64,000 nt of DNA from Candidatus Micrarchaeum sp. (lineage in GTDB: Archaea > Micrarchaeota > Micrarchaeia > CABMEP01): NCBI GenBank assembly GCA_020723065.1, contig DYJP01000004.1:1041-65040 (forward strand). Direction: 5' to 3'. Below are positions 50,342 through 59,285 of the stretch, piece after piece (the first letter of the stretch is position 1; every line of letters begins with the position of its first letter). Made by a program: the position numbers and the translations under genes. Under the pieces are notes generated by a model. That model was not told the origin of the DNA. It ran no database searches and saw only the letters and a list, made by a program, of their open reading frames with translations.

Positions 50342-51736
50342 TTATCTTTTTATTTTCTTGAGAATTAGTTCCTTGACTACTTTGGAATCCACCCTTCCTC
50401 TTGTAGCTTTTATGACCTGTCCGACTATGAAGTTAAGGGTTTTTTCATTTCCGCTTAAATAGTCCTCTATAGCCTTCTGCTGGGATTCTAGTGTTTCGTC
50501 TACATATCTTTCTATCTCCGAAAGGTCGTTTGTCTTGATAAGCTGGAGTTCGTTTGCTATCTCCTTTGGACCTTTTTTCTTCTCGAATAGAGCTATAAGC
50601 ACTTGTTCCATTCCCCTGTCGCTAAGTTCTCCTTTATTGAACATGACGAATAGTTCAGTTAGCCATGAGGTATTGAGCTGTGATTCTGCGAAAGTCATTT
50701 TCCTGTAGTTTAGCTGCTTCTTCAGCGGCCCCCTTATCCAGGATGCAACTTTCTGGGCTTCTATGAATTCGCCTTGCGATTCGATATTGTAAATCATCTC
50801 TTCGAACAGTTTCGCAATCTCCATCTCCATTACGAGTATCCAGGCGTCATCCGGCTTTATCTTGTAATGAGTCTCGAATCTTTCAGCTTTCGCCCTAGGG
50901 AGCTCAGGCATCTTTTCCTTGAGTTCCTGAATCATATCCCCACTAATTTGGATTGGTGGAACATCCGGATCAGGGAGGTATCTGTAGTCTTCTTCAGTCT
51001 CCTTCTTTCTCATGGAGATTGTGGAGCCGGTCGATTCGTCGAAGTGCCTGGTCTCCATTTGGACTTTTCCACCTCTTCTGATCACGTTCTGCTGTCTTAT
51101 TACTTCATACATCAGGGCGTCGTAGACTCCCTTGAATGAATTTATGTTCTTTACCTCGACCCGTGTTCCTCCATCTATGCTGATGTTGGCGTCCACTCTC
51201 ATGGAACCCGGTTCGTCTCTTCCGGCGTCCAAGTAGTTGAGTATTGCTTCGAGCTCTTCTAGGAAAACCCTTGCGTCGGCAGGAGATTTCATGTCCGGTT
51301 CTGTAACTATTTCTATAAGTGGTACATTTGCCCTATTGTAGTCTACAGTGCCTAGCCTTAATTCGTATCTTCCTGGGTCTTCTTCTATGTGGATTTCTCT
51401 TATCCTGACATTTCCGAGCTTTCCATTTATACCTATCGGCTTGGAAGTTCTTTGATATCCTGTCGGAAGATCTGGATAGAAGTAGTGTTTTCGTTGGATA
51501 ACGCTTGTGTTATTGAACTCGCATTTCAGCGCTATTCCTATCTTTATGAGCTGCTCCAAAGCGTGTTTGTTCAGTCCGAGCGGCTTTGCCCCGGGTTGGC
51601 CAGTGCAGATCGGGCAAATGTTGGTGTTTGGCTCTACGTCCCTGTAGTTGGTCGGACAGCTGCAGAAAAGCTTGCTGTTCGTCTTCAGCTGCACATGTAT
51701 CTCCAATCCGACCATTATTTCCGTCATGATTACCAT
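50342..51736 (-). CDS. gatB: Asp/Glu-tRNA amidotransferase subunit B.
   Basis: GLEIHVQLKTNSKLFCSCP. RKHYFYPDLPTGYQRT. 464 aa. Confidence 0.85.
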   Translation of the reverse strand: MVIMTEIMVGLEIHVQLKTNSKLFCSCPTNYRDVEPNTNICPICTGQPGAKPLGLNKHALEQLIKIGIALKCEFNNTSVIQRKHYFYPDLPTGYQRTSKPIGINGKLGNVRIREIHIEEDPGRYELRLGTVDYNRANVPLIEIVTEPDMKSPADARVFLEELEAILNYLDAGRDEPGSMRVDANISIDGGTRVEVKNINSFKGVYDALMYEVIRQQNVIRRGGKVQMETRHFDESTGSTISMRKKETEEDYRYLPDPDVPPIQISGDMIQELKEKMPELPRAKAERFETHYKIKPDDAWILVMEMEIAKLFEEMIYNIESQGEFIEAQKVASWIRGPLKKQLNYRKMTFAESQLNTSWLTELFVMFNKGELSDRGMEQVLIALFEKKKGPKEIANELQLIKTNDLSEIERYVDETLESQQKAIEDYLSGNEKTLNFIVGQVIKATRGRVDSKVVKELILKKIKR

Positions 51737-51748
51737 CTTTTATTGGGA

Positions 51749-53086
51749 TTATTCTACATTGAAAAGAAGCTCGTCCTCGAAATGCCTTCCGTAATACTGT
51801 ATCGCTCCGTCGTCTATGCTGTTTGAGAGTGGCTCCACTATAGCTGGAAGTCCGGTCAGGTTTGCCGCTATTGTCAATGTGTCGGCCGCATACATTTCAA
51901 GAGGATTCATTCTTTCGCCGAATTTCCAAGGACCAGTCGGCATCGCAGGTCCAGCAAGGGCGTCCACTTTTTTCATCACTTCCCCGAATTCTTTCTTCAT
52001 CACTTCTCTTGCGCTTAGGGCTTTAGTGTACCATGCGTCTTTGAATTCCTTCATAGTGATGTATGTCCCTATGAGTATCCTTCTTTTTATTTCCTTTCCG
52101 AATCCAGCTTCCCTTACCTTTGCGAATGCGGTGTAGAGTTCTTCGTTCCTGTCCGCAGGGTAGCCATATCTCATTCCATCGTATCTCTGCAACGCAGAGG
52201 ACAATTCCGCGGTCATGAGCAATTGATATATCGGAACTGTGTAGCGCAAAGTAGGTATTGAAATTTCGGTGACTTCGTATCTTTTCTCAAGCTGCCTTAT
52301 CTTTGCCTTTACTGACTTTTCTATTCTAGAATCTATCGATTCGAAGAATTCCTTAGGCACCCCGATTGTCTTTATTTCGCCTTTCCTTATTCTTTTTGCG
52401 TCTGCAAGCTGCGTAGTCTGGTCTTTTTTGTCGGTACCGCTTATTGTTTTGAAAACTTTTTTCATCACTTCCTTATCCTTTGCAATAATACCTATCTGGT
52501 CGAGGGTCATCGCCATGTCGGAAAGCCCATACCTAGAAACCATTCCGTATGTGGGCTTGAATCCGTAGGCGTTGCAGAACGCGGCGGGGCATCTGACCGA
52601 TCCTCCAGTGTCGCTTCCTAATGTAGCATCGCAGAATCCTGCGCCAGCAGCTGCTCCGCTTCCCGAAGAAGATCCGCCCGGAACTCTGCTTAAGTCGTGC
52701 GGGTTCTTTGTTATCTTTATTTTGCTGAACGTTCCGTCGCTTCCGCATGCGAATTCATCCATGTTAAGTGAACCGATTATTATCGCATCAGCTGCCTTGA
52801 GTTTTTCTACTACTGTGGCGTCATAAGTTGCGTGGTGTTTTTTGAGCATTTCTGATCCGCATGTCAGGGTCTTTCCCTTTATGCAGATGTTGTTCTTTAT
52901 TCCTATGACTATGCCTGCAAGCGGCCCGGCCTTCCCTTCCTTTATTTTCTTGTCTATTTCTTTGGCGGACTGGAGCGCTTCATTTTCGTAGATTTCGACG
53001 AATGCGTTGATTTCTCCTTCCATCTTGCTTATGAGCTCGAGCTTCCTGTGTATTTTTTCTTCAACTGATGATTCCATGATTATCAC
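51749..53086 (-). CDS. gatA: Asp/Glu-tRNA amidotransferase subunit A (amidase signature).
   Basis: GGSSSGSGAAAGAGFCDATLGSDTGGSVRCPAAFCNAYGFKPTYG amidase signature. Confidence 0.9.
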   Translation of the reverse strand: MIIMESSVEEKIHRKLELISKMEGEINAFVEIYENEALQSAKEIDKKIKEGKAGPLAGIVIGIKNNICIKGKTLTCGSEMLKKHHATYDATVVEKLKAADAIIIGSLNMDEFACGSDGTFSKIKITKNPHDLSRVPGGSSSGSGAAAGAGFCDATLGSDTGGSVRCPAAFCNAYGFKPTYGMVSRYGLSDMAMTLDQIGIIAKDKEVMKKVFKTISGTDKKDQTTQLADAKRIRKGEIKTIGVPKEFFESIDSRIEKSVKAKIRQLEKRYEVTEISIPTLRYTVPIYQLLMTAELSSALQRYDGMRYGYPADRNEELYTAFAKVREAGFGKEIKRRILIGTYITMKEFKDAWYTKALSAREVMKKEFGEVMKKVDALAGPAMPTGPWKFGERMNPLEMYAADTLTIAANLTGLPAIVEPLSNSIDDGAIQYYGRHFEDELLFNVE

Positions 53087-53412
53087 TTGAGTGACTTTGG
53101 AGCGAGTAGTAGCTTTTCGTTCTCCTTTGTGAACTCCTTTCTTATGGCTTCTTTCGTCTGAATGTCGTTTTCGAATACTTCGTCTTCCCTGTATGTATTG
53201 GTAATTTCGTACATGTAGTTGGAATGCTGCTCTTTTCCGTTCTTAGAAGATTCTTCCGATTTTATTTCCTGGACGCTCTTGAAATAGTCCAGAAGCTGGC
53301 CCATTTCTTCCGCGATAGCGGCCATCTCTTCATCCGTAAGCTTTATCTTCGCCACTTCTGAAATTTGCTTCACTGTTTGGATGTCCATCTCTTCACCGTA
53401 AGTATAACTCAA
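53083..53412 (-). CDS. gatC: Asp/Glu-tRNA amidotransferase subunit C.
   Basis: Small acidic protein immediately upstream of gatA, overlapping it. VAKIKLTDEEMAAIAEEMGQLLDYF is GatC-like. Confidence 0.6.
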   Translation of the reverse strand: MSYTYGEEMDIQTVKQISEVAKIKLTDEEMAAIAEEMGQLLDYFKSVQEIKSEESSKNGKEQHSNYMYEITNTYREDEVFENDIQTKEAIRKEFTKENEKLLLAPKSLK

Positions 53413-53443
53413 AATTCTACTTATTCTTTTCCCGAAAAGTCTG

Positions 53444-54814
53444 TTATGGGACGTTTCTGATTTTTAGATACTCGAATAAGAATCTAATGTACTTCTTTTT
53501 CACAGTTTTAATATTTAATATTTTGCTCGTTTTAATTACTTTGCATATATCGGGCGGAACTCCGTTGTTTTTGGGCTTGCTTATCATTTCCTCTATTATC
53601 TGGATTGCGTGGGTGTATCTCCTGTTTCCGACTGCTAATATCTTATCATGCTCGAACCATATAGGCTCGGTCACCTTGTGTTGCCTGATGAAACGTTCCA
53701 CATCGTTGTTCTGGGTGAGTGGTGGTCCTTGTATCTTCTTTATTCTTGGAAGAGAGTATATTGACAATTCGCAGAGCAGTAGGCATTTCTTGTCAGCATA
53801 GACGTCTATGTCGAAAACTTCGAATTTATGCTGGTGCATTCGTTCTTGAACTTTTCCTGCGAGTTTGTAGAGCTGAGGCCAGAGTACATCGTCGACTACT
53901 CCTTTTGGCCTGTCAAATTCCAATCCGATTATGAGTGAGTCCCTGCGTTTTATCTGTCTGTTTATCCATCCGCTGTTTATCTTCTCCTGCACTGGGAAGA
54001 ACGCTCTTATATTCGGCTTGTTGAGGAACATCTTTGCAGTATGTATGAAAACTGTAAGCGAGGTCTTAGATACTGAAGCCGCCACGTTTCGTTCTGGATC
54101 TACTGGATCTATTACAATTATAGCTGCATCAGGGTATTTCTTTTTTGCTTCATTCTCGTTTATTTTTTCATCCCGCAAGGTCAAGAAAGGTATATCTTTC
54201 CATTGAGTTGCGGCGTCAAGAAGTTCCATAAATCCGCCGTATTTCACTATGAGCAATTCGCAGAGATATCCGCTGAAACCCTGTATTCTTCCTTCGGCGC
54301 CGTAGATTCCCTGCGTCTTTAGGAATCGTTTGAGCAGCCTTACGTCGTCCTTTTGTTTTTCATTTATATTCTTGTTGATGTATTTCGTGTGGAGGGGTGA
54401 CCTGTCTACCGCAGTCATCATTTCGGATACATCACTTATCTTGTAAGAAGGAACTATGTCTATTTCGATTCCATCAACCCAGGTTTTGAGGTATGGGTGC
54501 TGGGCGTATGCAATCTCGTATTTGTTCCCTTTGCTGAATTCCTTTGCATACTTTATTCCAAGTGACATCAGGTCCTTGACGGAATAGTTTTTGGAAAAAA
54601 GCATGAAAATGTCGAAGTCCATGTCTCCGCTCAGGTTCGTTCCCTTTGCGGTGGAGCCGGCAAGTTCGATCGAAACGTCGTCAGGAGTAATTTCGTCAAG
54701 TTTCTTCATAATCTTTTCTACGAGCTGCCTTTGTCTTTCTTTTTCAGCTTTGGTGGGCTTAACTTTTTTTACCACTTTTTCCATTATCTTCTGGTGTTTG
54801 TTGCTTATGAACAT
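53444..54814 (-). CDS. cca: tRNA CCA-adding enzyme, archaeal class I nucleotidyltransferase.
   Basis: LAGSTAKGTNLSGDMDFDIFMLF (GS...G.D.D nucleotidyltransferase motif). 456 aa. Confidence 0.85.
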   Translation of the reverse strand: MFISNKHQKIMEKVVKKVKPTKAEKERQRQLVEKIMKKLDEITPDDVSIELAGSTAKGTNLSGDMDFDIFMLFSKNYSVKDLMSLGIKYAKEFSKGNKYEIAYAQHPYLKTWVDGIEIDIVPSYKISDVSEMMTAVDRSPLHTKYINKNINEKQKDDVRLLKRFLKTQGIYGAEGRIQGFSGYLCELLIVKYGGFMELLDAATQWKDIPFLTLRDEKINENEAKKKYPDAAIIVIDPVDPERNVAASVSKTSLTVFIHTAKMFLNKPNIRAFFPVQEKINSGWINRQIKRRDSLIIGLEFDRPKGVVDDVLWPQLYKLAGKVQERMHQHKFEVFDIDVYADKKCLLLCELSIYSLPRIKKIQGPPLTQNNDVERFIRQHKVTEPIWFEHDKILAVGNRRYTHAIQIIEEMISKPKNNGVPPDICKVIKTSKILNIKTVKKKYIRFLFEYLKIRNVP

Positions 54815-54828
54815 CTGATCATCTATGA

Positions 54829-55515
54829 TTATTTGGATAATCTTTCCAAAGAGCTGATTATTTTCTGTATTTCTTCATTTATCAGGTCCCGTCCGCTAAG
54901 GGCCATTGTAAGATTCCCACTGCTCGGTAAAGTGTACTGGATGTTCAGCTTCTCCTCTCCGCCGATTCCAGATATATTTGTGGTCACGCTTCCAAATACC
55001 GTGAATGTTCCCTGCCAAGGTATTGTGACTGGATAGTTGTAGCCTGGAAGGATCACGCTTATTGCTCCTTCGCCCTGAATTTCTTGTGTAGGCACAGGTA
55101 TCGAGAATGGGCTGAGGATATCCTTTATCGGGATAGATGCCGTTATGGTGTGGGGCTGGTTCAGTTGGGTTGTAACTTCTATTTGGCTTTCAGAGTACGC
55201 CCTAAGGTCTGCGGCGATTCCACTGAGCTCGGACTTTATGTTTGCAACAGAAATCATTGCGATTATGCTTGCTAATAAAGAGATTATTGCGATTATTGCC
55301 AGTCCGATTATAAGAACTTGGTTGATTCCGGACGGAACCGGGGCGGCGAAATCCTTTCTTGCTTCTTTTTGGGCAAATTCGCGCTTCTCTTCTGGCTTTG
55401 ACTTCTTTTCTTCTTTCCTTTTGGTTACCATCCTTTCGGGAGGAAGGATTACCACTCCTTTTCCAAGGTCAATCTCCTTCTTCTTTGGTGCACTAGGATA
55501 TTCCTCTTCTGTCAT
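54829..55515 (-). CDS. Single-pass membrane protein with a K/E-rich cytoplasmic N-terminus.
   Basis: One TM (LIIGLAIIAIISLLASIIAMISV). Confidence 0.4.
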   Translation of the reverse strand: MTEEEYPSAPKKKEIDLGKGVVILPPERMVTKRKEEKKSKPEEKREFAQKEARKDFAAPVPSGINQVLIIGLAIIAIISLLASIIAMISVANIKSELSGIAADLRAYSESQIEVTTQLNQPHTITASIPIKDILSPFSIPVPTQEIQGEGAISVILPGYNYPVTIPWQGTFTVFGSVTTNISGIGGEEKLNIQYTLPSSGNLTMALSGRDLINEEIQKIISSLERLSK

Positions 55516-55566
55516 AGATTTAATTTAGACGAAAACATCTTTAAACCCTTTTTTTGTAGTTATAAT

Positions 55567-55995
55567 ATGGAAGGGAAAAGAAGCAGTAAGCAAGGTCTAA
55601 AATCGTGTAGAAAGGATTTCATGGTCATTTCTGACAACAGAATGCTGTCCTTTTCTTTGGCAATCTCTGTTCTTGGTTTGTTGTTTCTTTTTATATTTTC
55701 AGGCATGCTTTCCCCAAAGACGGTTGCATTGTCAGAGGTGCAATATCTTTCTGAAGAGAGCTACATTTCTTTCGTTGGGTATCTCGGTCAGATTAGCATG
55801 AGCGGACAGTATGTGCGTCTGGATGTCTGCGATTTGGTTTCTTCCGATTCCTGCGTTTCAGTTGTGGTTTTGAAAGCAGATGCCCCTTCCTGGCTAGTCG
55901 AAGGGGATTTCATCTCTGTGACTGGAACCGTAAAGGAAGGAGTCTATGGAAGGTATGTTTCAGTCCATAATGAGAAAGACATCTCTCCCATGTGA
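55567..55995 (+). CDS. Membrane-anchored small protein, possibly with an OB-fold.
   Basis: N-terminal TM followed by a beta-rich domain. Confidence 0.35.
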   Translation: MEGKRSSKQGLKSCRKDFMVISDNRMLSFSLAISVLGLLFLFIFSGMLSPKTVALSEVQYLSEESYISFVGYLGQISMSGQYVRLDVCDLVSSDSCVSVVVLKADAPSWLVEGDFISVTGTVKEGVYGRYVSVHNEKDISPM

Positions 55996-57211
55996 TATTT
56001 GTCTACTGAGTGATTTGATGTTCGTTCCGCTTGTATTGGGTGTCCTTCTTGGAATTCTTGCCGGTCTTCTTCCAGGGCTTCACCCGAATACGATTTCCCA
56101 GCTTCTATCTTCCGTGGAATACGGGAGCTCGTTGGAGCTTGCGATAGTCATCGTGCTGTCTTCTGCGGTCAACAACATAGTGGCCTTGATTCCTGCGATA
56201 TTTTTCTTCATACCAGATTCCGATTCCGTGCTTTCTATTCTTCCGGCCCAGAAGCTTGTAAAGGCAGGCAAGGGAAGGTTGGCAGTTAGGGTGTGTGCCG
56301 TGTCCGCATTGCTTTCCCTGTTGTTTCTTGTTTTAGTTTTGCCATTGTCATACTTTTTATTGCCAGCTCTTTATGAATTAGTCAAACCTTTCTTGGGCTA
56401 TGCATTAATCCTTTTTTCGTTAGTATTCATATTTCAAGAGTTTCCTCATGGGATTGGATCTGTTGTCAAGGCGTCCTTAGTGTTCATGCTTGCAGGAACA
56501 TTGGGGATTCTTCTTTTGGATACTCCGTTGTCTTCTGCTACGATAGAGCCACTCTTTGTAGTTTTCGTGGGTTTTTTTGCTTTAAGCAGCATAATCCTTT
56601 CGTTTTCAGACAAGTCATTCCTTCCGGCGCAGAAAAAAGAAGAGTATCGTGTCGGATTGACTTCGTCTTTTCTTTTGGTGATTTTCACATCTGTGATTCT
56701 CGGATGTTTGGCTGATCTGTTTCCAGCGATTAATTCTTCCGCGCAGCTTGCGACCTTCATTTCTCCTCTTGCAGGGACTTCGGCAATGTTTCTCGCTTCA
56801 ACAACTTCAATCACCGTGAGCCATTATGCAAATTCTCTCGTGGCATTCGATACGATAGGGAAGGCGAGGACCGGCACGATAGTAAACATACAAGAACTCA
56901 TCGGAGAATTCAACATTCAGATCCTGCTTACTTTGGTTGCGTTCTATTTCATAGGAACTGGATTGGGAATCGTGCTGCTCATTCTGGTTTCGGAAGCAGC
57001 GATAAAATTAGTCAACAGCATAGATCAAAAAATCATGAATGTCGTAATTCTATTGTTCCTTGTTTTATCTGTCTTAATGGTTTCAGGAATGTTTGGGCTT
57101 TTAGTCTGTGTGATATCTACTGCGATTGGTCTTCTTCCCCCTTTGCTCGGAGTGAGGAGAACCCATCTGATGGCGTTCCTTATTGTTCCTTCAATTTTGT
57201 TCCTGCTTTAG
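55946..57211 (+). CDS. Polytopic membrane protein, TctA/DUF112-like.
   Basis: LGILAGLLPGLHP motif. About 10 or more TM helices. Confidence 0.45.
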   Translation: MEGMFQSIMRKTSLPCDICLLSDLMFVPLVLGVLLGILAGLLPGLHPNTISQLLSSVEYGSSLELAIVIVLSSAVNNIVALIPAIFFFIPDSDSVLSILPAQKLVKAGKGRLAVRVCAVSALLSLLFLVLVLPLSYFLLPALYELVKPFLGYALILFSLVFIFQEFPHGIGSVVKASLVFMLAGTLGILLLDTPLSSATIEPLFVVFVGFFALSSIILSFSDKSFLPAQKKEEYRVGLTSSFLLVIFTSVILGCLADLFPAINSSAQLATFISPLAGTSAMFLASTTSITVSHYANSLVAFDTIGKARTGTIVNIQELIGEFNIQILLTLVAFYFIGTGLGIVLLILVSEAAIKLVNSIDQKIMNVVILLFLVLSVLMVSGMFGLLVCVISTAIGLLPPLLGVRRTHLMAFLIVPSILFLL

Positions 57212-57274
57212 GTTTAATCATTTAAAACGTTAGTATTTTATTTCATTCTATTAATATATTATTGCATCAAGGCG

Positions 57275-57898
57275 ATGAATGTGAAAAATTCGTTGAATTT
57301 AATTAGTTTAATTCTTGTTTCTATGATTTTATTCGGTTGCCTCCAGACTCAGCAGCAACAGGTTTTCAAGGAGTCGGACGCGAGAGCGTTTGTTCTGGAC
57401 GACCTAAATTCGAAGTATCCGAATGCAGATGTAAAGGATATCTCCGAGATCAAGTCTTCATCCACGAATGACAGTTGGCAGATAAAGGCGAGGGTTACTT
57501 TCAACTACACCTCCCCATGCCCGGTCAGGATGAATGTTTATTATGATTATCCGAGAAAGGGATTCATCGAGACCCCTCCGGAATACATCACAAAGGACTG
57601 CACTGTATGCAAGGGAGTGGAAACCTGCGTGCTTGGAACCCCTGAAGAAGCGGTTATCGCTTCTCACACTCTGTCTGGTTCAGATCCAGTGGTGAGCTTT
57701 ATAAGCTCTCATTCTAATGCGCAGGCATCTGCGAAATTCTATTCTGAATACATCGATCCAATCCAGAATAACAAGTACAGCAACGTCTGGGTTGTAAAGT
57801 GGACATCTGAAACTACAAACTATGGTTTGATAGTGCTCGTATCCAACAACGCAGAAGTGCTCGGCGTGATCCAGGCTACAAAACAAGAGACAATCTGA
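57275..57898 (+). CDS. Secreted/lipoprotein-like hypothetical protein.
   Basis: Signal peptide ending LFGC followed by a Q-rich linker. Confidence 0.4.
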   Translation: MNVKNSLNLISLILVSMILFGCLQTQQQQVFKESDARAFVLDDLNSKYPNADVKDISEIKSSSTNDSWQIKARVTFNYTSPCPVRMNVYYDYPRKGFIETPPEYITKDCTVCKGVETCVLGTPEEAVIASHTLSGSDPVVSFISSHSNAQASAKFYSEYIDPIQNNKYSNVWVVKWTSETTNYGLIVLVSNNAEVLGVIQATKQETI

Positions 57899-57933
57899 TT
57901 TGATCTTTTTTACTGTTATTTCAATGCGCTAGC

Positions 57934-59238
57934 TTAAAGTCCGAACTTAGTCTTTTTGCCTTTTTGATTGAGCTCTTCTTCTATCATTAGGAGTCTGTTA
58001 TACTTGGCCGTTCTTTCGGATCTGCAGGGAGCTCCAGTCTTTATTTGGCCGCACCCTAACGCGACAGATAGGTCTGCTATGAATGTGTCTTCGGTTTCTC
58101 CGCTTCGGTGGCTCACCACTACGTTGTAGTCGCTGCCTTTTGCGATTCGGGCTGCATTTATCGCCTCGGTAAGAGTGCCTATCTGGTTTACTTTGAGTAG
58201 AAGCGCATTCGCGGCCTTGTTGACTATTCCTTTTCTCAGCATCTTTATGTTCGAAACGAAGTAGTCATCTCCGACGATTTGGATGTCTTTTCCACTTTCC
58301 CTTGTGAATCTTGAAAGGGATTCCCAGTCTTCTTCCTGGAATGGGTCTTCTATTGATATGATCGGATATCTCTTTATCAGTTCTTGGTATTTTCTCATCA
58401 GTTCGAGGCTGTTTATTGTTCTTCCGTCTATTCTGTAATGTTTCAGTTCATGGAAAGATGATGCAGCACAATCGAGGCCAAGGAAGACCTTTTTCTGGTA
58501 TCCTGTCTCGTCTATCGCGGCCATTATGGAATCAAGTGCTTCATCTGTAGTTCTAATATTCGGGGCATATCCGCCTTCATCTCCGACGTTTTTCGCGGAT
58601 AATCCGTACTTTTTAACAAGTATTTTTCCTAATGCGTGGTATATTTCGCTTCCAGCCATCAGTGCTTCCGCGAAGTTTTTGAATTTTTTAGGTATTATCA
58701 TAAATTCCTGTATGGCAAGCCCGCTTCCAGCATGCTTTCCTCCGTTTATTACGTTCATCATTGGCACAGGAAGCACTTTGGAATCTGGATTAAGGTATTC
58801 GTAGATTGGTTTGTTGAGCGAATTAGCGGCTGCCGCGCAGGCAGCCATCGAGATTGCGACAGTCGTGTTTCCTCCAACGTTTTTCTTTTGCTCTCCTGCT
58901 TTTTCAATCAGGATGCTATCTATTTTTGATTGATCGTCTGCATTAATTCCGATAAGTTCCTTACCTATCTCTTTGGCTTTTTTGACCGCGTTCCTGACTC
59001 CTTTTCCACCGTATCTCTTTCCGCCGTCTCTAATCTCTATTGCCTCGAATATTCCGGTAGACGCGCCGGAAGGGGCGATTCCTCTTCCCCAGCCGGAATC
59101 AGTAAAAATGTCCACTTCAATTGTGGGGTTGCCTCTAGAGTCCAATATCTCTCTGGCTTTGAGTTTTCTTATAATTAGATTCTTTTCTTCTGTTCCTTCT
59201 ATTATGAAAGTCTTTCGTTCCTGTTTTTTCTTGGCCAT
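57934..59238 (-). CDS. eno: Enolase (phosphopyruvate hydratase) with a short K-rich N-terminal extension.
   Basis: AREILDSRGNPTIEVD. SHRSGETEDTFIADLSVAL. IKTGAPCRSERTAKYNRLLMIEEEL. Confidence 0.9.
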   Translation of the reverse strand: MAKKKQERKTFIIEGTEEKNLIIRKLKAREILDSRGNPTIEVDIFTDSGWGRGIAPSGASTGIFEAIEIRDGGKRYGGKGVRNAVKKAKEIGKELIGINADDQSKIDSILIEKAGEQKKNVGGNTTVAISMAACAAAANSLNKPIYEYLNPDSKVLPVPMMNVINGGKHAGSGLAIQEFMIIPKKFKNFAEALMAGSEIYHALGKILVKKYGLSAKNVGDEGGYAPNIRTTDEALDSIMAAIDETGYQKKVFLGLDCAASSFHELKHYRIDGRTINSLELMRKYQELIKRYPIISIEDPFQEEDWESLSRFTRESGKDIQIVGDDYFVSNIKMLRKGIVNKAANALLLKVNQIGTLTEAINAARIAKGSDYNVVVSHRSGETEDTFIADLSVALGCGQIKTGAPCRSERTAKYNRLLMIEEELNQKGKKTKFGL

Positions 59239-59285
59239 AAACTTATTTTTCTCGAAGAATATAAAACATTTGCTGTTGTTTCCGT